A DNA stretch of 64,000 bases from the NCBI RefSeq assembly GCF_008831285.2, contig NC_045138.2, positions 17,546,001 through 17,610,000 of the forward strand, given 5' to 3'. A program made the position numbers and the translations under genes. The DNA comes from Nymphaea colorata (Eukaryota). The notes below the pieces were generated by a model. That model saw only the letters and a program-made list of their open reading frames with translations. It ran no database searches and was not told the DNA's origin. Below, one piece after another: positions 51,480-64,000 of this stretch. How positions within the stretch are numbered: position 1 is the stretch's first letter; every line of letters begins with the position of its first letter.

Positions 51480-52240
51480 GAAGCGACACAACGTTCAAAA
51501 TGCCTTTATCCACCAGCAGTTAATGGAGGATGCCTTCATGGATCGACCTCCGGGATATGAAAATTCCAGGCAGCTCTTCTTGTCTGTAATTAAAAGAAGT
51601 CCTTTTATGGGTTAAAAGAGGCACCATAAAGATGGGTTTCTAGTCAAACTCTTTATCATTTTATACATGGGTTTTCAGTTTGCAAATTGATGCTTCGTCC
51701 TTTGCCCTTCAAAACAAAATGATGTCATTTATGTTCCGGTTCATGTAAATAATATAGTAATCCATTGATTCACTGAAAAGCTTCACATTGAATTTGCCTT
51801 AAAGGACTTAGGGGCGTGGTACTATTTCCTTACAATCTATGTTGCTTTTGCTGGTTCGGAAATGTTCCTTCTCAGAGAAATACAATGGACATCCTCAAAT
51901 GAACTGCCTTTACAGGAGCCAAATTATTGCAACACCCATTTTTGTCTCTTCCGCTAACTACTTCCTTTGGATCTAGCTTCATGATAATACTTCTAAAAGA
52001 GTGTTGCGAGAATTTGCAATATGGAATTCTTACTGGACCAGACATTCTTCATTACTAATTGTATTATCAATACATACAGATCTCCACATAGGTTGGTCAA
52101 CTGTTAGATGAATCATACTATATTTGAAACATCCGTTGATTCACAGTTTGGTTATAAGGTCATTTAGATCAAAATGCCTATCCGCCGTCACTGATACAGA
52201 CTAGGACTATGCCTGTGCCTTGATTATCGTTGGACCTATC
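51480..52240 (+). mobile_element. Decayed Ty1/copia reverse transcriptase remnant
   Basis: Colinear broken motifs across frameshifts: NVQNAFIH (DVxNAFLHG), FMDRPPGY, KSFYGLKEAP (KSLYGLKQAP), VIYVPVHVNNI (YVDDI), EFALKDLG..YFL, LTGPDI (TRPDI), I.LYLK, TDTD* (DADW). Confidence 0.85.
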
Positions 52241-53330
52241 CTAGAATATCAGTCTTGTCCCACACAGCTAAAATTAAGTTTGATTACCAAAGGAAAAGGT
52301 AGTTCCACTTCCATGATGCCTCATTAAAAATTAATTGAAAACTAACAATAGAGACTGGTCATGAAATATGAATAGTAAGTAGTAGCCATACAAATAATTC
52401 TTGTCTTATTGACCTGTTCTACATAGTTTGTGCTCTATAGACTCAAGTAGATATCTGTCAAGCTAGAACAGATGAGATGGATGACATCTACATTGATGAC
52501 AGTGGCGATGATGAGCTAAGCATCTCCTTAATCCTTCAAACTTAAGGTAAATTGACCATGAAACTAAACGTGAAGGCCTCTAGCATAACATAGCCTTCCC
52601 AAGCCTACATACCTAGTGTTATCCACCGCCATCTGGCTCCTGCCGACGACGCTGCACTGCTGGGCCCTTGCGCCGCTAAGTCAGTCTTACTTGGTTCAAG
52701 TGGCCGAGCCAAAAACTTGTGGCCTAGGGGTACTAATACAAGAAATCTTAGAGCTGAGGGGTACTAACATATAATAAACTAAATTATGTAGAGGAAACAA
52801 AATAAAAGAAATTATGTGGATCTTTGTAGCCAACAGCCAATCCCTGCTTGGGTCCAACTTCATCAGAATCTCTACCGTAACAAGAAGGCATGATGGGCTA
52901 GGCATGCCAACCTTGAGCTGTTTTATGAATAGGAATCGAAGTTGAATGAAAAAAAAGTGATGGTTGAGATAGCAATACCAGTTTCTGATCGTACATAAGA
53001 GGAATTAATTTAGCAAGTCCGGTTTTTTGGCATGTTCACGGTGTTCTTGCTACAGCGCAGCTTACAGCAGTCAGGTAACAGTAACAACTGTAAGATTTCA
53101 GGTGCAGATATTACACCAACATACTATTTTGAAATATCCAAATTTTAACCATATAGTTATGCTATCACAATACTACTGTCGTAAACACTTTGGTAATACG
53201 TTTGAATGTGTGTGCAGACTCAAAGAGAACTAAACTTTTGAAAATACTGCCAGATCCTTCCTTGTCGATATTTTCAAAGAATAAAATGTTGGACTGTTAT
53301 CAAGGTCATAAATAAAGATATATGTATTTA

Positions 53331-53369
<39 letters not shown>

Positions 53370-53435
53370 TGGGGGGGACAAACAGAGAGAGAGAGAGAAG
53401 TGGGGAGGGAGGGAGAGAGAAATATTTAGCAAGGA

Positions 53436-56400
53436 TCATTGTTTATTTGCAATAATATCAGAGGCAGCTTGGCCAAAGAACTGTTTCGCATTCTGAGCGA
53501 CCTCAGCTTCCAGAACTGCTTCTAAAACTATGTCAGATCCTGTTGCCTCAGCACCTGTAGCAAGCAGCTATATATGAGGTGGGAACGATCCCAAGTATAA
53601 TTGCAGAAAAATGTCATGCATATTCATTGTAATACATATCCTTGCATTGGAATCCATATTGATGTCTCTGCAAGCATGAAATATCATCGAAAGTAAAGGT
53701 GCAGGTTTCTGTGTGTATGTGCACTGTCATTGTAATACATATCCTTGCATTGGATTCCATATTGATGTCTCTGCAAGCATGAAATATCATCGAAAGTAAA
53801 GGTGCAGGTTTCTGTGTGTATGTGCACTGGACAACATACAATTGAAAAATTGCAATGTATGCAGCCAATGATGACCAAACAGTCCTGTTCCAAGTTTCCA
53901 ACTACTGAATGCTTCATCGGTCAGACATTAAATATTTGGAAATCTCTTATTTATTTTAGCTAAGGTTATGGTCTCTTCGATATGTCTTCTACTTTTGGAT
54001 TTGCATTTTCATGAGATTAAAAAGGAACTACATCTGGGAGGCCATGAGAGTAACCTATCAGTACCCTCCTAGCGCCACTTGGTACCTGTTCCTAGCCTGC
54101 AAAGACCCCCTTTCAACAGGCTCAAGAAAATTGGGCAGCATCATGCCAATAGGTTTTGTGTTTGCAGGAAACTGGAGCTGACCATATCATGTTCCAACGC
54201 AAGCATCCAGCGAACATCTCGCAATGGATTTGTAGAAAGTTTCATAAACAGACGCCTCTGATAGGCAACGTGGGGAACATCAGTGGTGGATGGCCTGTTG
54301 ATTCCATTGTGGCTGGGTCGTGCACTGCTGGAGACTTTGCTTTGGCAAATCATCATAGAACTATGGAGTAGTAGAAGCAACTTCATACATGAGGATGGCC
54401 CCGCAGCATCCTACAACCGAAGGGCCAGAATTGGAGATGATGTAAAAAAAAAAAAAAAAAAAAAAGAAATTCAGTTGCTTAAAAATGACAGAAGAAAAGA
54501 GAAAATTCTATTACTGGTTGGCCCAAGGCATTTTGCTACGCAACGAAGTCAGAAATTCCAACGTTGATTAGTAAATAAATTTGTTTCCATTACTACAAAG
54601 GACAGCATGTTTGTGGCCTGTCTACTACATCAGACGGACCAAATTCCAGTGCCAGGAATGGAAAGTTTCACCACAGATCAGTTGTTCCATGAAATGGAGT
54701 GCGTGAGAAGGGGGGTTGTTTTGGGTGGAGGGAATGGTGGACTGGCTCAAAGAAGTACCAGGGGGCAGGAAAAATATTGGCCCTCAATTGGCAGTGCTGT
54801 CTCACTTCATTCATGCTCTACGCTTTTGAAGGATCTTCCTGGTAGGAGGCTTGCCCTAATGCAATTCCAGTAACCTGAAAGGGGTTCAGGTCTGGCCTAT
54901 GATATCTGATCCGTTCTGTAAATAATAAAGATCAGAAGGCCTACCTTCCAGCAGATTTGAAACAGAAATGAGAAAAATCAACTATCAAAAAGCATTTTTA
55001 TTGTGAAATTTAAGTGCATCATATACTATTTTTCTTTCATGCTTTTAAAACACCATATTCTGAAACACATTAATTCAAAGTGTATTTGTAGAATGTACAA
55101 CATTGAAGAATAAACATTCAGCCATTGAAGAAGAGGAGAGATTAGATCATCATTGATCATAGATGCTGCTCTTTCTTTTGGTCGTATATGTGGAACCACC
55201 CCATGGCTTTCCACCTTCAAAAGCATTTTTCATTTCCAATGAATATACAAATTTTGTAAATATCATATGCTGTATCAGCCAATGCATATCATTTCGTATG
55301 GGCCTGTATTGCCTTATTTTTCATATTTAAAATAAAAAATATGTAAATATTCTAAACTGATTTAAAAATGAAAAGGATTTATAAACCTGTACTTGCCATG
55401 CATCATATTGGCAAGGGGCAGATACAAATGCATAAATCATGTCGGCCAACAGTCCCAACATTAGTGCTGGTACAGACATCCATCTGGTGCACCCTTACCA
55501 GTAGATACATAGACCACCAGACCAATCTCATAGAAACACTAGCACAGTAGAAAAACATCCAGAGTAAATACAATTTTTCCTGAAGTAAATTACCTTTATG
55601 TTTGTGGAGGAGCCCAGTGCTCTCAGCTGAAACAGGTAGAACAACCAGTAAGCCTTCATTGTCTAGCTTCTCTGTTTGTCCTTTGACTTGGTTCATAGCA
55701 TCTGCAAGTCGTGCGTATGCTGTTGCTTGGGATTCCAGGGAAGTGAAATTCATGGATGAACCATTTGATGCCTGGGAAAACCACAGCTGGGCATTATGAA
55801 GTTCTCCAAGAAAAGCTGGTCAGCTTGTGTTCAGGAATTAAGGCTGATACTCATGACCAAGCTACATCCTGAAAGAAAGAATCAAAAGCACAATCTTATA
55901 ACTACTGTACGCCACAAACCTCTGAAACATGACTCTCTCTATGTTCTTCCTCACTGGTCTTCTGCGTTGGACCTATAAGGTGATAATGGCAGTGAATGAG
56001 GAGAAATGGAAAACGCCAGCAACAAATGAACAATTTGTGAATGGAACAGACATAACTTTAACAGCAAAAAGCATTTCCAGAGAAATTAGCTAATTGAAGT
56101 TCCCATTCTACTGGCTAAGGAAAACTGGCCGGATTCATAGGCTCCTCAGCAACTACTAGAGCCTACTTTATGAGGATAATCCCACCTTACTTCAAGGTTG
56201 TGCCCTTGATCGTCAAATACCCCTCCATTAGTGAACAACCTAAATAAGAGAAAATTGCAAAGTTCTAAACTAAGAAAATAACCTTCATTGCAGCAAGATC
56301 ATGCATATACATATTAAGATTCTATCATTGGTAAGGAATTCATAGTTTAGCTCCTTTATAGGTTTATAAATTTCAACATGATTACTCTAGGACATTGTGT

Positions 56401-57664
56401 TATAAAATTATTAAAGACCTGCTTTATCAGCTTTTAATATTCAGAATTTGAGCTACAATGCAACAAAAGTAAAGAGCTACAAAAAATAAGTAGTTTATCA
56501 TACTTCATTTTCAGGAAGTCTAAAAGGCCAGAAAGGAATCTAAGACAATGAATCTCAGGACACATGAAATGAAACATGCCCTGCTATAAACAAGAGCTTG
56601 AAAATTAATACTTCAGCATCAGGCATACCTTCATTGGTTGTATTACTTAATGGACTAGTATTTGTCCCATCAATTAGTCTCTTTGTCAATGGACCAGGGT
56701 TCATGACTGATATACTTCGGATTTCATACCGTATCGCCTCTAATTGAGCCATTGTGTCCTGAAGTTCTTTGTGAACCTAAAGGAAATGAACACCAAGTTC
56801 TTGTCATATGTCTTTTTTTTTTCATTCATCAAGTCAGAGCTTATAAATCACTTTTCACTCGTCGCCATTACAACTGAAAAGTACAGAAGATATGAACGGA
56901 AAATGGAGAGGGGAAAAGATCAAGAATTCAAGTATACTTCCCGTAAGGTAGTAAATCACAAAGATGAACCAAAAAATAGGTAACCATATCATACAAAGAG
57001 AACACATATCTATTACAGGAAGTATCCATAGGAAATATAATGTCCGCAAGAGTAAATTATTTAACCACCAAGAGCCAGTTGTTCGACAAGATAGACTCGT
57101 CAAAAAGAGGGGGGGGAAAATCTTCGTCGCTATATCCCTTGTGAGCCATCATATTCCAGCCAACCATGTATTAAGAATCGTTCGTTAATTGAAGAAAAAA
57201 AAAAACAACGAGCTTTAACGACTAAACCATGAACACCAATTAAGAGAAATTTGAAGCGATTAAATGCGAAAAATCAAACCATTACCATGTCATGTGAAGG
57301 AAAGGATCAATAGCAGAACATCGAAAGAAGAGGAACCTGGGTAACTTGGGATTGTTGCAGCACACTCTCAATCTGGCCCCGCGCAGATTGAACATAGCCA
57401 ATTGCTCTTCCGACCAACCTGCCGGCCGTTCGCGCGATGATGGGCAAATCCCTAGTCCCTGCCTCCAACCAAACCCACTTCGTTTTTTAGAAAAAGGAGC
57501 CAAAATAGTCATGAAATTTGGCGTAACTATGACCATCTCCTGGAACAAAAAAAATAAACAAGAGGAAAGAAAATGGTGATTCAAATGATTCTGAAATACT
57601 AACCGATGAGAGCAGCAGTTGCTCCAACTATAAAGAACAACTCCCCATACGAAAGCCCAAGCAT
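53436..57664 (-). CDS. TatB: Mitochondrial twin-arginine translocase subunit TatB-like protein, ~226 aa
   Basis: Exons 57664-57604, 57458-57337, 56776-56629, 55972-55920, 55771-55594, 53554-53436 join in frame (681 nt). MLGLSYGELFFIVGATAALIG-TRDLPIIARTAGRLVGRAIGYVQSARGQ...VHKELQDTMAQLEAIRYEIRSIS...SQATAYARLA...LPVSAESTGLL...GSDIVLEAVLEAEVA matches plant mitochondrial TatB as recalled; TatA/B-type N-terminal TM plus amphipathic helix, no presequence. Confidence 0.88.
53624..53829. repeat. Near-perfect 103-bp tandem duplication in the last TatB intron
   Basis: 53624-53726 and 53727-53829 differ at one visible position (GGAATCC vs GGATTCC). Confidence 0.95.
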
Positions 57665-59001
57665 CTCTCTCTCTCCCTCTACTCGTCTCCTCCCAAAGGC
57701 ACAGAGAAATCAACAAGCGAATAGGTTGGGATAGCATCCAACGCAGTGAAATCTATCGGCTTTAGGGACGTAAACTGGCCGGACTTGGATGGGATATAGA
57801 AATCTCGGAGTCTAACTTAATCGAATTTAGCATAGCCTCAGTGCTGGACTACGGATCAGAAAGGATCACATACAAGACTGGAGTGCTGAAATTCGTCATA
57901 TATGCATGCAATCTGCAGTTAGATCCAGGCTTAGATTAGGAAGCAAAAATTGTAATAGACTCTAAATCAGGTTCAACTTGGGCTACGAGTTCAATTAAAT
58001 GGTTTGGATTCGGTTTGATACTCAAAGTGAGACTAGACTAAGTCATCCACATTTGTTATGTATCTAAACCGTCTATAACCTAAGTTTACAAGCGAACTGC
58101 GGATGGATCCGGGGCTAGTCTCTTGTTGATATCAGGAGTAAAATGCATAGTGGCAAAATCCACTCTCTTTTTATCTTTTTCCGTAAACGGCTTTTAGTTT
58201 GCAATGAATCACGTGTTCAAGCCAATCTGGTATCAATCCAATGACCAATGCAGGTGGTGAAGTCCATCAAAAAATGACGTTGGTAGTGCTTAATGCTGAT
58301 TGTTTATTATTAGTTTCAAAACTGTAGGCCTTTTTAGGAAATAATTCGGCAGATCACATGGTTTCCTCGTAGTAGAGTAAGAATTTGTACAATAGCTTGG
58401 TGAACCTTGACTAACAAACTTTATAAGAACAAACTATGGGAAGTGAGGGTGAAGAAAGATGGTATAGTTGAGGCTTCAACACCTTCCAAAGTTCCCCTCT
58501 ACCCTCATATTTACCCTTATATTGATATAAGGTGGTGGAGTGGAGGTTAAAGAGAAAAAAGAAAAATCTAATAACTCGGTGGGGACTGGGGAGACCCCTC
58601 TCCCGCAGTTTTGCATCGAAACAACTCTTCAATCATGACATTTCTCTATCTCTCTTCTAATTAAACGTTAATGATTGACAGGTTTGTAATTGTCCATGAC
58701 AGGTCTCCTCCATCTGGCACCACCCCCACACACACGTGTGCGCATGAGCACACTGATACACACATACACAGAGAAGAACTTGGAAACGGAAAGGTATATC
58801 ATTAATGTAAGACAACCAATATCCATACAAGCCAACGTAGGCGTCACTTTAAGCAGGAAGGGATGGAGTAGTGACTGGTGAAGCACATTGCTGTCAAGTT
58901 ATGATGATGACGATGACAAACCAATCTCTTTTAGAGAGGCAAGTTTCTAGTCGCATTTGAAGGTACTGGCTTAGCTCGTCTCCCAACCCCAACAAGCATG
59001 A

Positions 59002-61934
59002 TCATTGTTTCTCATTCTCAAGAGTGAAGTCCCACAGATCTCCATACTTCTCATTGAAGTCCCATATATCCATCGTGTTATAATCAGCTATCAGCTTGTC
59101 TCTAGCTCCTCTTTCCATGTTGTAGATCTGTGGCTCAAAGTTGTGGGGCTTGTCCGGTTTACCCATTTCAATGCCACAGAATATCGCTACAAAAACAGCT
59201 GCACCAATGTATAGATATTCCCCCTGGAAAAAAGGCAAAGGAAACAAAAAAAAAGAACAGTTGATTGAACTGATTTATAGCACAAATCTCAGAATATGGA
59301 TTGTGAGGAAAGCTGATTTAAGTCATCTGACAGAAAAATCAGTGGTTCAGATCAGCATCCAACATGAACTGACATAGTATTTTGTCCAAGGATCGAATGA
59401 TGAACAGGTTTCGGATTATACTAATTTGATTCTCAAAGGTAAAGTAGCACTTCTTGAATGTGAAAGGTTCCTTAGCATGTTTATACTATCTGGACGAGTG
59501 TGTCTGCTACTTTAAGGAAAATGGCAAAGAGGTGAAGCTTGTAGGCAGTGAACGACACTACCATATTGCTGAACTTGGAGTTCAGCAAATGGGGTATGAC
59601 AATTTCTCAATTGTTCATAAATTTCAAAGATCGAGAGTTGTTAAAATTACTTCATAAATTACTTCACAGACGTTCCTTTAGAAATTTGATAAGATTATGT
59701 TTGAATGATTTTATGATCACGATTGAACTTCTTGAACAAGTATGCAGTAAAGTTCAACCTGCTAGCATTACGAAGACCTCATGTTTAAGTCAATGAAAGG
59801 ATACTTATTTGGTGACTTCATCTGCCACCTACAAATAAGGTGAACATGGCACATACACACATAGGATTGGACAATGAGAGTACCTGAACATGATAGACCA
59901 TGCCAGCCAGTACAGCAGGAAGAAAAAGCCATGACATTAGCCCTGCCAAAGACATAACCACGAATGATAAAAGAATTGCTTACCCTAAAATAAAGAAGCC
60001 TTGAAGACAAGGAACCCGTAATGTGATGGTAAAACGTGTTAGAAGCCCAGTTTAAGCATCAAAAATAGTTTAGAAAAAGGTCGCTTCAATGCCAAAACTA
60101 GGTTTCTGACACAGTCCTGGTATCATCCACACGGGGATTTCTCACCCTGAAAGCCTGAGGGAGGTTCTGCTGCTTCATAGTCATATTTAACTGCTTCCCA
60201 GAATGACATCTTTTCTGAAACAGCAGTATAGTGTTAATACCATTCTAAGAACAATCATAGCATATCAGGTAAGTTTTCTGTACATTGTCCTAACTTTAGC
60301 AATATGATACGTCCAAATGAACTTTTAACTAATGAAGAAAGCAAATCAGGATGCAACTGAAGTAACACCCCCCACTGCCAATGTCAGTTATTGAATGTGG
60401 ATTTTAGTAGGCCCAACTAAAAGGGCATGTACATGTGGAAGTTGTGAATGCCAAGAGACCAGTCCCTTATGCTGACATGCAAAAGAAAAAAGGCAGATAA
60501 TCTAGCCAACATATGTTTCCTCCAAAAAGTAATTCACAAAAAGTTACTTCTATGAATTGGATAATTGCATTTTTACTTGTGATGTTGAATCTAAAATAAA
60601 TTTTCAAGGCTATAATGCAGGAGGAGGAAGGGATTTAATATGGTTCACAAGTCCCCAGTAGTGACTGAAGCTGGGTTTCAAGTATCAAATCCTATACAAC
60701 TTGACTTCAATGATTGTGAAGGTTCGGAGACTCAAATTCAGTCAGTCATGGAAAGATACATGCATTTATTCTGCAGATTAGAAGTTTTACTTTTGCTTCT
60801 TTAGAGCCACAAGTCAGCAGTTCTGATTAATATGATCTTCTAAGCAGTTCGTGACAAATAAAAAATAAGCATGCACAACTACAACTACTGCATGAGTGCT
60901 ACTAAACGTGGTTTGTTAATTTTTCTCTTACATGTGCCAAACTTGATCCTCAAGTCTTGATCATAATGTGTTGCTAGTTCCCCAGTTTATGCTTTTAGTT
61001 GTTTAATTAGTTGCTCTTCCTCTCTCTCTTTCTCGCTCTCTCTCTCTAAAATAACTGAAAGTTCACGTGGTGACAGCGAACGGTATTTGGTAGCTTTCCC
61101 TGCAGCAAATCCTGTTTCCTGCCCGACCATTTACTAGTAACAAAAAATTTGGCCCGTTGAAATGCTCATCAAAAGTTTCATTAAAATAAACCGGTAGTGT
61201 ATTGTTAGAATCTCGTCATAATTCATTTTCAAAGGGACGGTACCTTCTTGGCCTTCAAAGTATGTATGGTGATCGTCGTATTCGCCGTACTTGAAATCCT
61301 CCTAATAAACCCAAAACAGAACAACTTGAACTTCAATCTGAAGGACAATAATTCAGAAACGGAGAGCAGAAAATTTTGCTACTTGAACTGAAAGCTTCAA
61401 GGAAACTGGAAAAGGAAAAAAAAAAAAAAAAGAGCCCATTTATAAAAATTCACACTAAATTTATCTAGCACCAAAAAAAAATCCAAGACAAATTAGAGGA
61501 CAAAATTCTGATGAATAGAAATCCACAGAGATAGCCATCTTTTCTCAGAACAGAACCTTGCATTGCCAAATGAAATCTGACAAGTATCTCTGTTCTCTCA
61601 ATTCAAAAACTCAAATAACACCTTTTGAAGTAACAAAGAACAACGATTTTGAAGAAGAAGAAAAAGAACAGGACGAAAAAGAAATAGAAGGAGAATCAAG
61701 AGGAACTCAGTTTACCCCACTGATGCTGTTAGTCTCCCATCGGTCTTGTTTTTCTTCAACAAGGTCAGGCTCCACTTCTGCTATTCCAACAGCATGCAGC
61801 CTCTTAGTCATAAGCCTTTTCGGGTAGACCAAGAGGCCTCCATTTTCGGATTTGCAGACGAAAAATTTTGTTGGTGCCCCTGCATTTGCAGGAAAACGAT
61901 TGGTAACGATGACCTTGGGCGCCAAGGAGGCCAT
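59002..61934 (-). CDS. PnsB5: Photosynthetic NDH subcomplex B subunit 5 (NDH18), chloroplastic, ~208 aa
   Basis: Exons 61934-61716, 61301-61244, 60214-60146, 59942-59884, 59223-59002 (627 nt). Motifs EVEPDL, EDFKYGEYDDHHTYFEG, FWEAV, GFQGLMSWLFLPA, GEYLYIGAA, EMGKPDKPHNFEPQIYNMERGARDKLIADYNTMDIWDFNEKYGDLWDFT. Confidence 0.9.
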
Positions 61935-62749
61935 TTTTCCCGAGCTTCGAGTGCTGGACTTCCATTCCTTTATTCAAGCGATGAACGTTTTGATCTGCCT
62001 TATCCGACTACCGGTTGTGTGGTGTGACTTGGGGCGTCGAGAAGCAGCTCTAGATTCCGTCCTTTTGTACACCGGTGCAGGCCACGTCTAGGTTGGCCTC
62101 CACAGCAGCTGGGCCGGACTGAGCTTAGCCTGACCGATCTGGACGATATCGATCTGACTTCTGACCGGACCTAGCCTGTTGGAACTTGGTCTGGCGCTGA
62201 TAATACTGAACTTAGACTGGGGCTTGAGTCTGTTTTCAACATAAAAGAACATTGAGCTGAACCTACCTCGTTAATGAACCTACCTCGTTAATGCGAGCGA
62301 GTCGCAAACTAATGTTTGCGAGAAGTATTTCATCCCACTATCCAAATGAAACCGAACTTATATATTGTCTGGTATGAACCCAATGTACCACTTTCTTAAC
62401 CATGTCATTTAGACATTTGGACTTGGTTAAAACTATGCTATCTTTCAGTATTATCGCAGATAGTTCTTTTTGGTGCAGTGTGTGTGGTGTGTGTTATTTG
62501 CCGTAGTAAGATCAGGTTCTCTCTCGAGCTTAGCTGATTCTAGCCAAGCTGAGTCCTGTAAGGTTCGAGCTGGCTTGAACTGGGCTCTTGAACACCTAGC
62601 CGTCACAATGTGGAGCGGAGACCATCTTTTTCGTGTCCAGTCTAGGAAAAGACCCGACCCGGACTTTAGACGCACAGGATTTTGTGCTATAAAATTTTGT
62701 GGTGATTTTGCGGAGTGGTGAAGAGAGAGAGAGCGAGAAGGAGAAGACG
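61935..62749. promoter_or_regulatory. Shared divergent promoter region of PnsB5 and TatA
   Basis: Start codons face away from each other 815 bp apart; site-II-like TGGGCC (62110) and TGGGCT (62581). Confidence 0.55.
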
Positions 62750-63863
62750 ATGGTGATGCCTTCTTCTCTCTTGCTTCCTTCTGTTTCTCTCTCTAGAGTC
62801 CCGACACTGCCACCACCTTCCTTGTCGTCCGCCAACTCTCTCTTCTTCACCAGTGGCAGCGGCGTCTTCCTGAGGAAGAGCGCCACTCTGTCTCTGCGCA
62901 GGAAAAATAGTGGTGGTGCCGGGCTCGAATGCCACTGCTTGTTCGGGCTCGGGGTCCCCGAGCTCGTCGTCATTGCGGGGGTTGCGGCACTCGTCTTCGG
63001 GCCGAAGAAGCTTCCGGAGATTGGCCGGAGTATCGGAAAGACCGTCAGGAGCTTCCAGGAGGTGGGGTTTCTGAGGGTGTTTTCTAAATCGATGCTAATT
63101 CTTGCAGAAATTTCCATATTTATGTCAGACATGTTTGATTTTCATGTTTAAATCTGTGGAAACAAAGATGGTTTTTCTTGTTTTTTTCTTAGTTTAGAGA
63201 GAGAAAATTAGTTTTTCATCCCCCAACCCTGCAGGAATGAAGACGGGGTTTCTTGCTTTTTGGTTGATGAATGAACCTCATGCCTGGTTGATGGGTCCTG
63301 TTTTCTTCCTGGTGATGAGACTCATATTAATGCCGGTCATCCTAATCTAAATGACCTACAATTCACTCTTTCATGTAATTTTCCTTCTAAGATGTCTACA
63401 GAATTTTTTAAGAAGGTGCTCTCAAAGGGATTCTGCTACCATATTTCGTCACTATCTTGACACGAGTCTTCATTTTGCTAATAAGAGTACTATATCGTAA
63501 ACTTTGTCATCTACAGCGAATAGAACTCAGTGGAAGAAGGATATTGATTTATGTATTCGATAAAAATTGCCGACTGGTATTATCCTATCTGTCAACTAGC
63601 TTTTTGCGGGTTATGATCACTAGAACTTGATAATTTGTCCCATGAAGATACCTATTTTTGTTTGACACTAGTGTCCTTTTATCTTGACGCTTCTTTTTCT
63701 TGATAAGTCAGTGGGATTTGATAATTTCTTGCAATCTTCTTCATACTGGCAGGCAACAAAAGAGTTCCAGTCTGAACTGAAAAAGGACACGGCTGGTACA
63801 GAAGAGACATTGACAACAGACTCCAAAGCTGAAGAGGAGAAACAGGACGCTAAGATCCAGTGA
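62750..63863 (+). CDS. THA4: Chloroplast twin-arginine translocase subunit TatA (THA4), ~140 aa
   Basis: Exons 62750-63061 and 63753-63863. S-rich transit peptide, then CLFGLGVPELVVIAGVAALVFGPKKLPEIGRSIGKTVRSFQE|ATKEFQSELKK and an acidic tail. Confidence 0.95.
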
Positions 63864-64000
63864 AAGTTCACAAACCTTCAGTTGCAAGGAATGTGTACCT
63901 TCACTGATGAACGGACATTTGTATTACTTGCATTCTTAGGGAAACATATTCAGCGTGTTTGTGCTGCTTCTTAATGAAAATATGTAACATATTTAGTTCC

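Noticed and set aside
57282..57737. 151-aa ORF overlapping the TatB 5' end
   Set aside because: Alternative-frame read-through of TatB exons 1-2 and the intervening intron.
62596..63132. 178-aa antisense ORF over THA4 exon 1
   Set aside because: Shadow of a GC-rich exon.

Overview
Plant (angiosperm) nuclear euchromatin with spliceosomal introns, microsatellites and many MITEs. Eight intact protein genes could be reconstructed by hand. In order: intronless RPL27 (+), 9-exon tryptophan synthase alpha (+, one GC-AG intron), intronless PLS-E+ PPR gene (-), RPS28 (+), UNE12-like bHLH (-, 7 exons), mitochondrial TatB-like gene (-, 6 exons), NDH subunit PnsB5/NDH18 (-, 5 exons) and chloroplast TatA/THA4 (+, 2 exons). 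The most interesting unexplained signal is a run of hairpin + ACA units, one of them duplicated, at about 9.3-11.4 kb downstream of RPL27; it looks like an unannotated H/ACA snoRNA cluster. Other points of note: a structured GC-rich island in the RPS28 leader intron; a tandem TSA/PPR duplication resolved by reciprocal loss; a uORF-rich TSA leader with a possible cytosolic (indole synthase-like) isoform; two Tat genes for different organelles about 5 kb apart; and nested MITEs plus a ~930-bp foldback at 1.4-6.6 kb. All calls come from reading the sequence and remembered family motifs; no searches or folding programs were run. I cannot claim a demonstrably new biological system.
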